From: Catajapyx aquilonaris
Lineage: Eukaryota
Direction: 5' to 3'
DNA: 64,000 bases
Assembly: GCA_000934665.2 (NCBI GenBank)
Contig: KZ538437.1
Coordinates: 1 to 64,000 of the forward strand
In this document: one piece after another, positions 12,301 to 21,776 of the stretch
Position numbering within the stretch: the first letter of the stretch is position 1
How the letters are laid out: the number at the start of each line of letters is the position of its first letter
Program-made: the position numbers and the translations under genes
The notes under the pieces: model-generated
What the model saw: the letters and a program-made list of their open reading frames with translations, nothing else
What the model was told of the DNA's origin: nothing
Databases searched by the model: none

Positions 12301-15300
12301 ACTTCCATCACGTTTAAAACTGTCTGTTGCATTTAATGATATCGCGGTTTGAATTAAAATTGCTTGTAAGCCGTATTTTAATGCCTAAAAGGCAATGTCG
12401 TAGTAAGAGTAGCGTACCTTCCAGGATATCTTGTTTACAAGCGTTTTAATATTTATTATTTGTTTGTAGTTTATTTATTAAACTTGTACTCTTCCAGCTG
12501 ACTTACCTGGGCGTGATTCCAGCCAAATCGTTAAGGGCGTACCTGGACATGAGTGATCGCGGTCGAGACTACGTCGAACGTTATTTCAACCTGAAGACCG
12601 AGCTGCTCTTCACCTATACTCACCTGGTATGCCGCACGGCCTTGGAAGGTACGCTGGCCAAAATATATTATCAAAAGTCACGCTTTGCACACAGGAACCG
12701 TGAGGATTAGTTTACCTGTTTCCTCTTCCTTATTTTCTTCAGATGCTCCGAAGAACAGGTCTGATTTGAGCCACGCCATACACGCAGACAACTGCAACTT
12801 GCATGCATCGGGAAAATGTCCCAAGGAGGCTCCAGCCTACACCTGGAGAGACTACAGGTGACCCGATACCCTTTTTAGCTCGGGAATGCTATTAGTCGAC
12901 TCCCAGTAATTGACACTTGACACCTTCGGCCTGATGACAGCAGCTGCAGCAGACTCTCTCAAACCAGAGCTATATTGATGAGCTAGTGTAGTTAACGTGC
13001 GCCACTGATTTTCTTACAAGTTACACACATTTCAGGCCTTTTTTCCCCCTTGGAAACAATCTTCCTACGCACACATCCTCTCCCTACAGGTTTTCGCCAA
13101 AAAAGAGCCTCTTCTTTGCACCATGAAAAATTTATGCTTCGGCGACCTAGATTGTGTCAGCCATATGGTGCAAGCCTGTCCTCTCAAGTAGTAACGCTCC
13201 TGCTTATTCTCTGGAGAGGCCCTGGGAAATGCCAATACTAAACATCATATCCGCCTGCTGAGTCTGCTGCGGAATAAGACATGCCTTGAATTAGCATATG
13301 GAGCCGACTAGACCGATTTGTCTTTGGGTTAACTGCTTATTCCCTGTCTTTTCTGTTCACAGCGCCATCATATATCTGAATGACAATTTCGAAGGAGGAG
13401 AGTTCATCTTTACGTCGTCTGAACCTGGGAGGAATGTGCAGGTAAAGATAATAAACTTCTTGAGCTTTTTAAAAAAAATCCTTTAGTGGCCATTACATGC
13501 CAGAGTGGATCACTATATTGGGTGTCGCAGCCTGTTGAGATGAGTTATTATACAGAGAGGTGAAGGGTTCAGGAAAAGAAGTTATGGACTCTTTACTGCA
13601 GCAACAAATTTAAGCAGAGGTGGCCATTTATAAAGGATTGCTCTGCTTTAAACGGTTGATATACAACTTAACAATCACTCTGTATTTGGTTGAGGGCCAT
13701 TTTCACCTCATTTATTTATTTATAAGTACTGTTTATTGGCACCTTCACCAGTTACAGTTTAACACAGGAAAGCAGTAAACATAATAGCTAAATCATATTC
13801 TTCTAACATCTTAGCTGTCGGTTACTTGATTAAATACCATAACAATATATTGGTTAGATTTCTAGGTTTATAGCTTTTAATGGCATGGTGGTGTTACCAT
13901 TGGAAGATTATTTCTGTTGTGGCCTCAACGGCTTACGGTTGAGATTAGATCGTAATTGGTCGATTAAAGAAGGCTGCGTGTTGGTTATTAACCGACAATT
14001 TAAGCGGGCGTGATATACTGTATTATTATTTTGTTCCCTAAAACTCCCACAGGCGTCATTATGGCTGTGTATGCACATTTGTTTGCGCTTGTTACAAATA
14101 CAACGAGCACATTGGCAAATATTCGGGTATTTCAAGCCATTTAACTAATTAGTTTATACTAATGGCAGGGGTTCAGAGGTGTCGTCCATAAATTGCGCGG
14201 CGCTTTCCGCAGCTCTTTTTGACACTCTCATGTATTGTTCATATGGTTTTTTTTATGGAACCTCCCTATGGAAATTTACGCTTCAGACTGGTCCCATCTC
14301 AATTTTGATGGCCGGACGTGTAATGGCAGAATAATATATTGTGCCCGCGAGAATACTGCTGATCAAAAACAGATTGAAATATCAGATGGACCGCATTTTT
14401 GAGCAATATTTCAATCCTTCTCAGCCATAATTCTATATGAAAAAAAAAATCCGTGCATAATTTGTGATCCCCGTGCCATTTTGTCATGCATGTAAAATCC
14501 AATAAAGGACCCCGAGAGCAAAGAACCTCTCGCCCTTTTCTAACCATCGGGGACATCCCATCCCTCTGGTCTCTCAGCAAACTTCTTCCAGCATAGACAT
14601 CTTCCATTTCCTCTACTTTGACTCTTCCTTCCTTTACCTCCAAGCAAGAAGGGATAGAAAAAAAAAGAATGCGGCTTCGGTCCGCTTGAATAGGCGTCCA
14701 TCCGGGCATCGACAAGAGCCAACTCCATCTCGCGTGGCTTGAGAGGGAATGATATATAGATACAGGGTGGTCGAACTAACGTTTTCCTGTTCAAAGGAAG
14801 GTTGTTTACTGTAGCAGATACTTAGAAAACCTGTGCCCCCCTGAATATAGACGTATAATTCTTTCACATAAATGGCGGACAAACAGAGGTACATACCAAA
14901 TTTTGTGTATGATTACGTGAGATTCTTGCTTCTTTTCGGTTTCTGGACAGTTTGAACTGGTAATACTACAGTATGTTTGTATGTTGGGCAGAGTCGTGTC
15001 CGGCCACGTTGCGGTCGTCTGGTGGGCTTCTCGGCCGGAGTTGAGAATCCTCATGGCGTTGAAGCAGTTTTGAAAGGATCAAGGTGCGCACTGGCCATGT
15101 GGTTCACTCTTAATCCAAGGTATGACGAGGTTGAAAGGAAGCTGGCCAGAAAGATCCTCACAGCTCTGGAGGAGAAAGGTGCGTTCTGTACCCTTCTGGC
15201 ACGATTCCCTTCCCTTTTTTGCATGCCAGGAAGGGTGCTTAATATCCCCAAGGTTCTTTTATATAGGAAGGAGAGGGAATTCCGGAGAGGTCCTGAATGG

Positions 15301-15442
15301 CACGTGGACTATTCCGCAAGTCAGCCCAGACGTGATGAACCAGCTGACGGCTGTGGCAACGGACGAGTCCATTGGGTTGGTTCAGACCGGACAGACCAAG
15401 CTTGAAGCCAAGGGGGACAAGAGTGTTGAGGTGTTTCCGTGA
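2954..15442 (+). CDS. P3H1: Prolyl 3-hydroxylase (leprecan; P3H1/2/3-like), 14 coding exons, ~765 aa: join(2954-3361,6862-7005,7122-7302,7394-7519,7679-7815,7933-8079,9948-10108,10960-11149,11265-11360,12498-12648,12743-12857,13363-13441,14992-15178,15267-15442)
   Basis: Signal peptide MWLCFLLVLTFL, then four CXXXC motifs (CRQRC, CLMRC, CRLYC, CKKKC) typical of the leprecan/CRTAP N-terminal region. Conserved blocks follow: GDGYKGRKSPHT, FTYTHLVCRTA, SHAIHADNC (HxD), PAYTWRDYSAIIYLNDNFEGGEF, PRCGRLVGFSAGVENPHGV (distal His) and GSRCALAMWFT (2OG-binding Arg). All introns are GT-AG and the exons sum to 2298 nt in one frame. The exact vertebrate paralog cannot be assigned. Confidence 0.95.
3385..3624 (-). 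mobile_element. Non-autonomous Helitron-like element in P3H intron 1
   Basis: On the - strand it starts A|TC (3625/3624) and ends CTAG|T (3385/3384). A subterminal hairpin (plus strand CCGTTC-TTC-GCACGG, 3397-3411) lies about 10 nt from the 3' end, and there is no TSD. These are Helitron hallmarks. Confidence 0.7.
4240..4600. repeat. AT-rich low-complexity minisatellite (TATAACTTATA-like units)
   Basis: Many degenerate TATAACTTATA/ATTATAACTAG units, including a duplicated AACTTATAATATTACAGTACCATA. Confidence 0.8.
6541..6613 (-). mobile_element. Degenerate tRNA-derived SINE head or tRNA pseudogene
   Basis: The - strand has an A-box-like TGGGTAATGTGG and a B-box-like GGTTCAATGCC at tRNA-like spacing. 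It does not form an intact cloverleaf. Confidence 0.45.
6862..7005 (+). CDS. P3H1: P3H exon 2
   Basis: ttcttccag|TDHFQLAATAAFTFLEGHPGHETMSSTLEHY...NLEAP|GTGAGT; 144 nt, phase 0-0. Confidence 0.93.
7122..7302 (+). CDS. P3H1: P3H exon 3 (CXXXC motif 3)
   Basis: cttcggcag|NFLKYYVLGAEAY...EECRLYCEGPFDQGWHPDFVPSVA|GTAAGT; phase 0-1. Confidence 0.93.
7394..7519 (+). CDS. P3H1: P3H exon 4 (CXXXC motif 4)
   Basis: ttttttgcag|HFTYTLKCKKKC...SHYHYLQYAYHQ|GTATGT; phase 1-1. Confidence 0.93.
7679..7815 (+). CDS. P3H1: P3H exon 5
   Basis: gtttttag|GDLPKVASAVESYLRFHPNDEVMMKNKDYY...FQPRK|GTTTGC; phase 1-0. It is absent from the ORF track but matches the family motif SYLxFxPxDxVMxxN. Confidence 0.92.
7933..8079 (+). 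CDS. P3H1: P3H exon 6 (acidic linker)
   Basis: ttctggcag|EAVAYKKRLDYESSILKFI...DDDDDGNDIQNE|GTAGGA; phase 0-0. Confidence 0.88.
9193..9741. mobile_element. MITE-like element with GGGTTCACAC-type terminal inverted repeats (P3H intron 6)
   Basis: Left end TTGAATGTGGGTTCACACAGGTGTCG pairs with right end CGACGCTCGTGTGAACCCACCTTCAA; the interior is AT-rich (TATT)n. Confidence 0.65.
9948..10108 (+). CDS. P3H1: P3H exon 7 (low-conservation linker, possibly a cassette exon)
   Basis: attcccccttttag-type pyrimidine acceptor, open frame ESWKKATSGSLQPPPLARFSW...PANTSAG, donor AG|GTGAGG. Its phase 0-2 exactly fits the acceptor at 10959/10960. I recognise no homology for this exon. Confidence 0.65.
10812..10937. 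mobile_element. Short MITE of the same GGGTTCACAC family (P3H intron 7)
   Basis: GGGTTTACAAGGGCG ... CGCCCGTGTGAACCC (13/15 inverted match). It shares the AAAGACA(C)AACGACGC subterminal motif with the element at 9193-9741. Confidence 0.55.
10960..11149 (+). CDS. P3H1: P3H exon 8
   Basis: ctctctgctgcacag|...VKSVVSAAL...DLGGPKRFVADGLADKTECNKLLDLVK|GTCAGT. The 5' boundary is 10960 if exon 7 is used, or 10970/10973 if it is skipped. Confidence 0.88.
11265..11360 (+). CDS. P3H1: P3H exon 9
   Basis: ttttccag|RAAVQGDGYKGRKSPHTDYERFEGVSVGRATL|GTAAGT; phase 0-0. Confidence 0.95.
12498..12648 (+). CDS. P3H1: P3H exon 10
   Basis: ctcttccag|LTYLGVIP...YVERYFNLKTELLFTYTHLVCRTALE|GTACGC; phase 0-1. Confidence 0.95.
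12743..12857 (+). CDS. P3H1: P3H exon 11 (HxD iron-binding motif)
   Basis: ttttcttcag|APKNRSDLSHAIHADNCNLHASGKCPKEAPAYTWRDY|GTGACC; His-Ala-Asp is at 12781-12789; phase 1-2. Confidence 0.95.
13363..13441 (+). CDS. P3H1: P3H exon 12
   Basis: tctgttcacag|AIIYLNDNFEGGEFIFTSSEPGRNVQ|GTAAAG; phase 2-0. Confidence 0.95.
14992..15178 (+). CDS. P3H1: P3H exon 13 (distal His and 2OG-binding Arg)
   Basis: gggcag|SRVRPRCGRLVGFSAGVENPHGVEAVLKGSRCALAMWFTLNP...LEEK|GTGCGT; phase 0-1. Confidence 0.95.
15267..15442 (+). CDS. P3H1: P3H exon 14 (terminal coding exon, ends ...DKSVEVFP*)
   Basis: ttcttttatatag acceptor in matching phase 1; the frame is open to TGA at 15440-15442, with AATAAA at 15658-15663 downstream. 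Confidence 0.75.
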
Positions 15443-15750
15443 CCAGGGGGGGACCAGGATTCAGGATGTCCAAAAATAATGTGCCAGTATTTTTTGTATG
15501 AAGGCATTTTGTACTAGCCGATAGAAACTGGATGTGTCTGATCAAACAAAGAGGTTGGAAGCAAAGAAATGTTTCTTCATATTTTCAAGAATGTGCAAGC
15601 TTGGTCAAATGTTGCAGTAATGTCGTTTTGCTATGACAAGTTACAAGATAAATGATAAATAAATTACAAATCGCCCAAAATTTGATGCAACTTCAAGAAT
15701 TTGACAAGAGTAAAAATCCACTGAAAATTACTTAAAATGAGTGTCTATTC

Positions 15751-15882
15751 TACAGGGTGACCCAAAAGTCTGTAGACATCGGTAATTGTATTGCATTGTT
15801 GGTTGACAACTGGCAACCAGAAAACCAATAATACAATACAAACTACTGTACCTATGTGTCCAGACTTTAGGGTCACCCTGTA
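15751..15882. mobile_element. Tc1/mariner-type palindromic MITE (TA-CAGGGTG...CACCCTG-TA) inside a larger fold-back
   Basis: TACAGGGTGACCCAAAAGTCTG ... CAGACTTTAGGGTCACCCTGTA, with TA on both sides. Confidence 0.75.
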
Positions 15883-18800
15883 GAATAGACACTTATTTTA
15901 AGTAATTTTCAGTAGATTTTTACTATTGTCCAATTATAATTGGACAATATAATTATAAGTAATTTTAAGTTGAGTAATTTATAAGTAATTTTCAGTAGAT
16001 TTATTGTCCAATTATAATTGGACAATAGTAAAAATCCACTGAAAATTACTTAAAATAATCTCCCACTTCAATGCAACTTCAATAATAATTATTGAAGTGG
16101 GCGATTTATCATTCTGTTGACACAATAACTTTCATGTCAATTAGAGCGTAGAAAATGTTCAAGTGAAGTTAACTATATTTTTGCGTCCAACCTCTTACAA
16201 ATAAGTGCAAAGAATGTGTATTTTAACGTGGCAGCTGCGTGTGTTGTTTTGCATAGAGATTGGTTAATTTATGTCTGCAGCCATTGTTTCTTTCCAAACT
16301 GTTTCTACCTCCAATTTATTTTTCAATTTGTCACCAGCCACAGGTCGTCCTGCCACAATCTGACCTTTAAGGCTGCGTGCAAAACTTTATGGTGCTAAGC
16401 TAACTTGCATCAAGTTAACGAATTTTTTGTTGATTTTTTGTGTTCTATTTTCCACCTGTTGATCTCTTTATTACGTTACCCAAAAGCCGTCCTTGTTAAG
16501 ACTTACTGCATAAGACAAATTACTTGACAAGAATCGCTTTATTTTTTTGTTTCTGGCAATCATTTGTACAAAAAATGTAGTCACTAAAGTTGTTACATCC
16601 AACATGGTTTTTTAATGGTCTGAGCTTATAGAGTAGGCTATGCTAAGTGAACCGTTAAAAGTCCTTCGTTGGGGGATTGAAAATTCTGAAGCCAATGGAC
16701 CATACTTTTTTTCTTCATTTAATGGCTTCAACCGTGGCGTGGTGAGAAATCCTGTTAGAAAATATCGATGCATATATGCATCGTGCCCTCCCAATTTTCT
16801 TCCCATCGCATCTGAGGGTCCTATAATATTTTCAGCACATCTTTTCCCCCCTCAGCTTCTCTCAACCGGTCACGGAAAATCAATTACCAGGCTTCCATTT
16901 TGGGGCCGAAATGAAGGACGGTGCGGTCCATATCCTGCACGGACTTAGATTTCCAACCGAAATTAAATTCGGTGACGCCTTGACGGAAAGCAATATCCCC
17001 CTTCGGCTTCCATATCCACCCCCATAGTCCCCTGTCAAGTTAGCTAATCGCTGGCAATATCTAAAAGGGAAGGAGCTTTTGCTGTTGCGCCATCCCGTTG
17101 TGTCAGAAGTGGTCTTGGATGTCTTCATTTTCGATTTGTCACATCGGAAATGGAAGCCGCCAATGACTAACCAATGGCGCATTGGACACTTTAGGAGACA
17201 AAAGTTTGTTTGTTTGTCCAGGTTACCATGGCAGCTGTTAGGCTGAATTGAAAGCGCATTTGGCTTCTGTCAGAAAAGAAAATGTTTGCGGCATTCTTTT
17301 GGTTTCTGTTTGCGTGCTCATAATTTCTGTGTTTTTTTATTGAAAATGCGTATATAAGTGAATATTGTCGAAGCCACATGAAATTCAATGGCTGGCTGAA
17401 TTCATTCGCAATTTCAGCTCAGGTCACCCTCAATATTTTTTTGCTAAAAAACAGTAAGCAATATTGAGCCAACCTTATCCGACGTCCAATTTGTAGTGTA
17501 TATGACTGTTTAGATGTGTATCTATGTATTTACAGGTCTCTCCAGTACGGGTTGGATATCTCCTAGAAACCTCCATGAGTCAGAAGGACTGACACAGGAT
17601 CGATAGAGCCAGCTTTGGCTCGCAGGGAAAGTCAGGCGATGTCTCTCTCTCTCTCTACTTTTTTATACACAAAGGAAGTCTCTCTTATTTCACTTTGTCC
17701 GACGCTATTCAATGTCACGCAGGAGATACGAGCGGCGACTGCAATGTAAATCCCCGCATTTTTCTCCCTTGAATTCCGACGGATATCGAACCGGACTGCT
17801 GGAAAAGTATGCTTTTCCTGGCTAGTAGGCAACACTTTTGCCACGAGTGTAGTGCAGGGCAGGAAATTGGCTAGCGCAAATTTTAATAATTTTAAAAAAT
17901 AATTATGACAATAATCACACAAAAGAAAATGCCAAACATAATCTGATTTAAGAGCCAATTGGCTGACTTTGACCTATCACCTTATGATTTAATGTGGCAA
18001 AAAAAATTTCATGCACATGCAAACACCGTGCGTTATTAAACTACGCTATTAGTACTTCGAGTGGGTTGTAATTGAAGCTTAATTACACCCGTTTGCTTTT
18101 GAAGAGTACAGCAAGAGCTCCCTGATTTTTTTTGCACCCTCATCGCAGGCCTTTGTTGCAAAAATTATGCGACTAATAAATGTTGCAAGCATTTCCTAAT
18201 TAATGAACAGGGTTCTTTCATGTTGCATTCAAAAGCTGTGGAGGGAATTCTTCCAAGTGCGCGAACCTAAATCTTTTGAGGTTTTGAACCTTATTCAAGA
18301 GCCTAGTTTGCCAAGCACACTTAATTGATCTTATTACCTCTTCCGGACCCGGTTGTTTGAATAGGTCCATATTTTATACTCAGAACTTGTTCCAGTCTTT
18401 GAAGTGTCGTTGAGTCCGTTGCCAGGTGGGTTTGCATTATAGAATCTCCTAGGAATAGTATTTTGGGCGTGAAAATTCCTGAAAATTCCATGAAAAACTT
18501 ACATCTTTCTAAGCATTTGCAGAATTTAAGTAGAAGAAGTGTTGCAACTATTTGTTTCGAAAGGAACGCAGCAGGCTTGCAGAATGGCCTGACAGTGATG
18601 AAATATTTGCCAAGTCCAGAATTCACTTTGTCCGGAGCAATGCAGGGGGAAATATCACGAAAGTGTGTCACACTACGAGTTCGCGGTGCATAATTAAAAC
18701 CCCACTTGTCATCTTTACAGGCCTTCCAAAATTTAAAGGCGCTTGAAAGTTGGAATTTTAGTTCGGTTTGAGACTGAAGAACTGTAGGTGCAGGCTTAAT

Positions 18801-21072
18801 GTTGCATGAAATCATGGTTTATAAATATGCGACTAAGGGTACTGGCCTCTTGGGGAAAAACATACTTCAAAAAAATTCAAATGTGTTAAAGTAATTTTGA
18901 ACAACTTTGGACTAATTGTGTCAATGCTGTAAAATGTTTGATTAAAAGCAATTTGATGAATATTTCTGTAACTCATTAGCAGGATTTTTTTAATATAAAA
19001 AGGGAGAGCATGATTTTTATTCAGCATTTTATTATGTGCCTGACGTGACTTAATATTGCACATATTGAATTAAATTTCATTTTTTGACAATTATACGATT
19101 TACCAATTCAGTGTGCTACACAAGGATTTCATAACGTCAGAAAATGGCTGTGGAGCATATGACTTGACAGTTTCATCACACCTTCCTGGCACTCTCAAGT
19201 GTAGTCGTCTGATTAAATAACTTTATTAAACCTGGCGGCCCTAACTAAATGTTTTAACGCAAACATGGGCTGTGTGTGCCGCACACCGCCTGAGTCCATT
19301 ACCAGGCTGAAAAATGGAGGCGCTTTTATAGCGCAATATATTTTTTACGAGAAAATGAAACGCGCTTCTGGTACGTGGCTTAGTACCAACTTCTATAAAA
19401 CCGGTTCCTGGCTTCATGTGCAATTTTTTTGCGCCTTTTTCTTCTTCCGGATCGGTTCTGGAAGAACAAAAAAAGAGAGAGAGTCTCTGTCGCTGGGCTT
19501 GTTCCGGGACCGTAATAAAGGCCAATCTTTATAATCCAGTGCTGCCCTCGAGTCCATTGAAGGCGATGGTCCAGGAGGAAGGAATCCTTGGATTTTTTCA
19601 ATAAAGGGAGACGGGGTGGAAGACAATTCGTTTTAATGGGTTAGAAAGGGAGTCGAAACTAGGCCTGACCTTTTGGTACAAACGAAATTTCAAGAAGAAT
19701 TTGCCCAAAGCCATACTTGACAAAATTTAATGTACAATTTACTACATTTTAACACCCTTTTTTTACACAGCTTTGCTATACACTTTCAAAATATATTATT
19801 TCACAAGACACTGATATGTGGGACAAGCGATGTGTGTACACTTTTCTTGTGAATATCTAAGAAAGTGATTATCTCATTTGCAAGACACCTTTGTCGAAAA
19901 AGGGTTTTTTAAATGTAGTGTGTGTAGAGACCTTTCGACATAAGGTTTTTTTCAAAAAGCATAGAGCTCTAAACATAGAGGTACTGTATAAATGAGGTCT
20001 GACGAGATTCATTTACTTAATCTAGCACTGCTCCGCTAATGAAAGAAAATACCATTCCACCAGACTTTACGAGTGAAATTAATTAAAACCTCGGGCTTTT
20101 AAAACAAACTACAACTGTACATAGCATACATATTACAGTTTTACGGAAGCAAATAAATTTATACAGATATGTTCCTTCAGACAGTTTTACCCCTTCAAAA
20201 GTCAGTCCCACTTCAAGACTCACGTTTCTGTCTTGAACCGCTTGAATTTTCAAGTGGGACAAAGTTCAGGACACACTGCAAAAGGCTTCTGTAGACGTTC
20301 TCAACCCCACCTGGTATACACAAACAATTATGTGCCACCCAAGTATTATTACACAAATATGCGCCACCTGTTACATACAAATCGTTGCGTTAATATTTTT
20401 CACACACAAAATGGGGTAAATGTCTCAAAAAAAAGGTTCCGGACATTTTTTAAACGTTCCAATAAACTGTTGACTGGAATTTTTAAAATCGAAATGTCCG
20501 AAACATTTTTTTTGCGACTTTTCGCACTTTTACGAACACAACATTTTTACAGCGTGGTTAGCACCGTCTGGCACTCCCCCCAGACACCAACGTTTTCCCT
20601 TCAGGATTTTGCGACCCTTTACCCGCAAACCTTGTGATCGAGCGATTTTGGTGCCCCCCCCCCCCTTCCCCAACTCGTGATGGATTAGAAAATGGCGTGC
20701 TGATAATGCCTGGAGACTCCCCCATTTCGACCCACCCGTGATAAGTAACCTTTAACTAAATTTTCTTCTTGGCACAGCACCACTTTCCACTGCAGCAAGA
20801 GACGTTATTAACCTTCCACGCTAACGAGATTATTCCTGCGCAGTATTCAGAACAGGTGATGTTTTCCCTCCGTTTAAAAATACCGCTCGCGTTCGGTAAA
20901 AGCGACCTGAAGCATACGTAATCACACTTATGTAACCCGATTTTTGTTCCAAATTTTTTTCCATCAAAAAATTGTGCGGTGTTCCGACCACTAATGGCAG
21001 CCACTGAGTGTCTAGTTTCGCCATGTTTTCACTCCTTATTTTTGTGTGTGGGGGTTTTGTCTTTTAAGGAAA

Positions 21073-21261
21073 CTAAACCTCACTGGCTTCTTTGTTGGGG
21101 TTGGTTTTGGCCAGTTGTTTGGCAGGTACCTGTTCCGTGGTACCTTTCTTGACGTCGAAGACTACCACGTGCTTCTTACGTGCGTTTTCTTGCTGGCGGC
21201 GCCGCCGGAAGTTGGTGGTGAGAAGAAGAACTATGATGGCTGCGTAAAACACCACAACAAC
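21073..21261 (-). CDS. Terminal coding exon of a small single-pass membrane protein (KCNE/MinK-like)
   Basis: tattatcggcag|VVVVFYAAIIVLLLTTNFRRRRQQENARKKHVVVFDVKKGTTEQVPAKQLAKTNPNKEASEV*; 189 nt, phase 0. A hydrophobic run is followed by RRRR, and the block is GC-richer than its flanks. Confidence 0.8.
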   Translation of the reverse strand, partial: VVVVFYAAIIVLLLTTNFRRRRQQENARKKHVVVFDVKKGTTEQVPAKQLAKTNPNKEASEV

Positions 21262-21640
21262 CTGCCGATAATACGCTGGGTTTTAGACACTTTAAAAAAA
21301 ATTACAATGCTATTTGTGACATTACATCTCACAGAAAACTACTTCTGAAAGTTGACCATGTTTTTCTGGCTTCCCTCAGATTTTCCACAGACACGTTAAG
21401 CAAACTTGTGGTAAAGTAAACTCAGCCGATCGTTAGTTTATAAACCGTCGGGTGCTATGTTAGGCTAATGGAATTATCGCCTCGAGGATAAAACGAGCAT
21501 GTAACTTTTTGAGTTTGTCACTTAAGATTTATAGCCTCTCTCTGGAGTGGGTTGCTGGGGGGATCGAAGAAAGACTTCCATTTTACACCGTTGTAGGTCG
21601 AAGCACACAATGGAAGGGTTTTGATGCGGTTAGTACTTAC

Positions 21641-21776
21641 AGTCACATAGATGATGGCGTCGGTAGAGTGATCCGGAGGTTCCTTCCTGCGATGGTGACC
21701 CAATGACCCCGCGTGGGTCAAGGCTGCCCTGTACACTGCCGGTAGAAGAGAACCATGGCAAGCTGGACCCAAGCCT
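21641..21776 (-). CDS. Penultimate coding exon of the KCNE-like membrane protein
   Basis: tttgccatttctatttccag|xGLGPACHGSLLPAVYRAALTHAGSLGHHRRKEPPDHSTDAIIYVT|GTAAGT. It has a strong acceptor and a consensus donor. The phase-0 splice to 21261 creates the continuous TM segment AIIYVTVVVVFYAAIIVLLL. The start exon is unresolved. Confidence 0.78.

Noticed and set aside
12501..12510. ACTTACCTGG, matching the U1 snRNA 5' end
   Set aside because: It lies inside coding exon 10 (LTYLG) and no further U1 sequence follows.
18321..18815. 164-aa - strand ORF
   Set aside because: No domain, motif or splice support; the composition looks random.
19265..19534. ORF starting MGCVC (lipidation-like N-terminus)
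   Set aside because: The rest runs through homopolymer and GA tracts and has no coding character.
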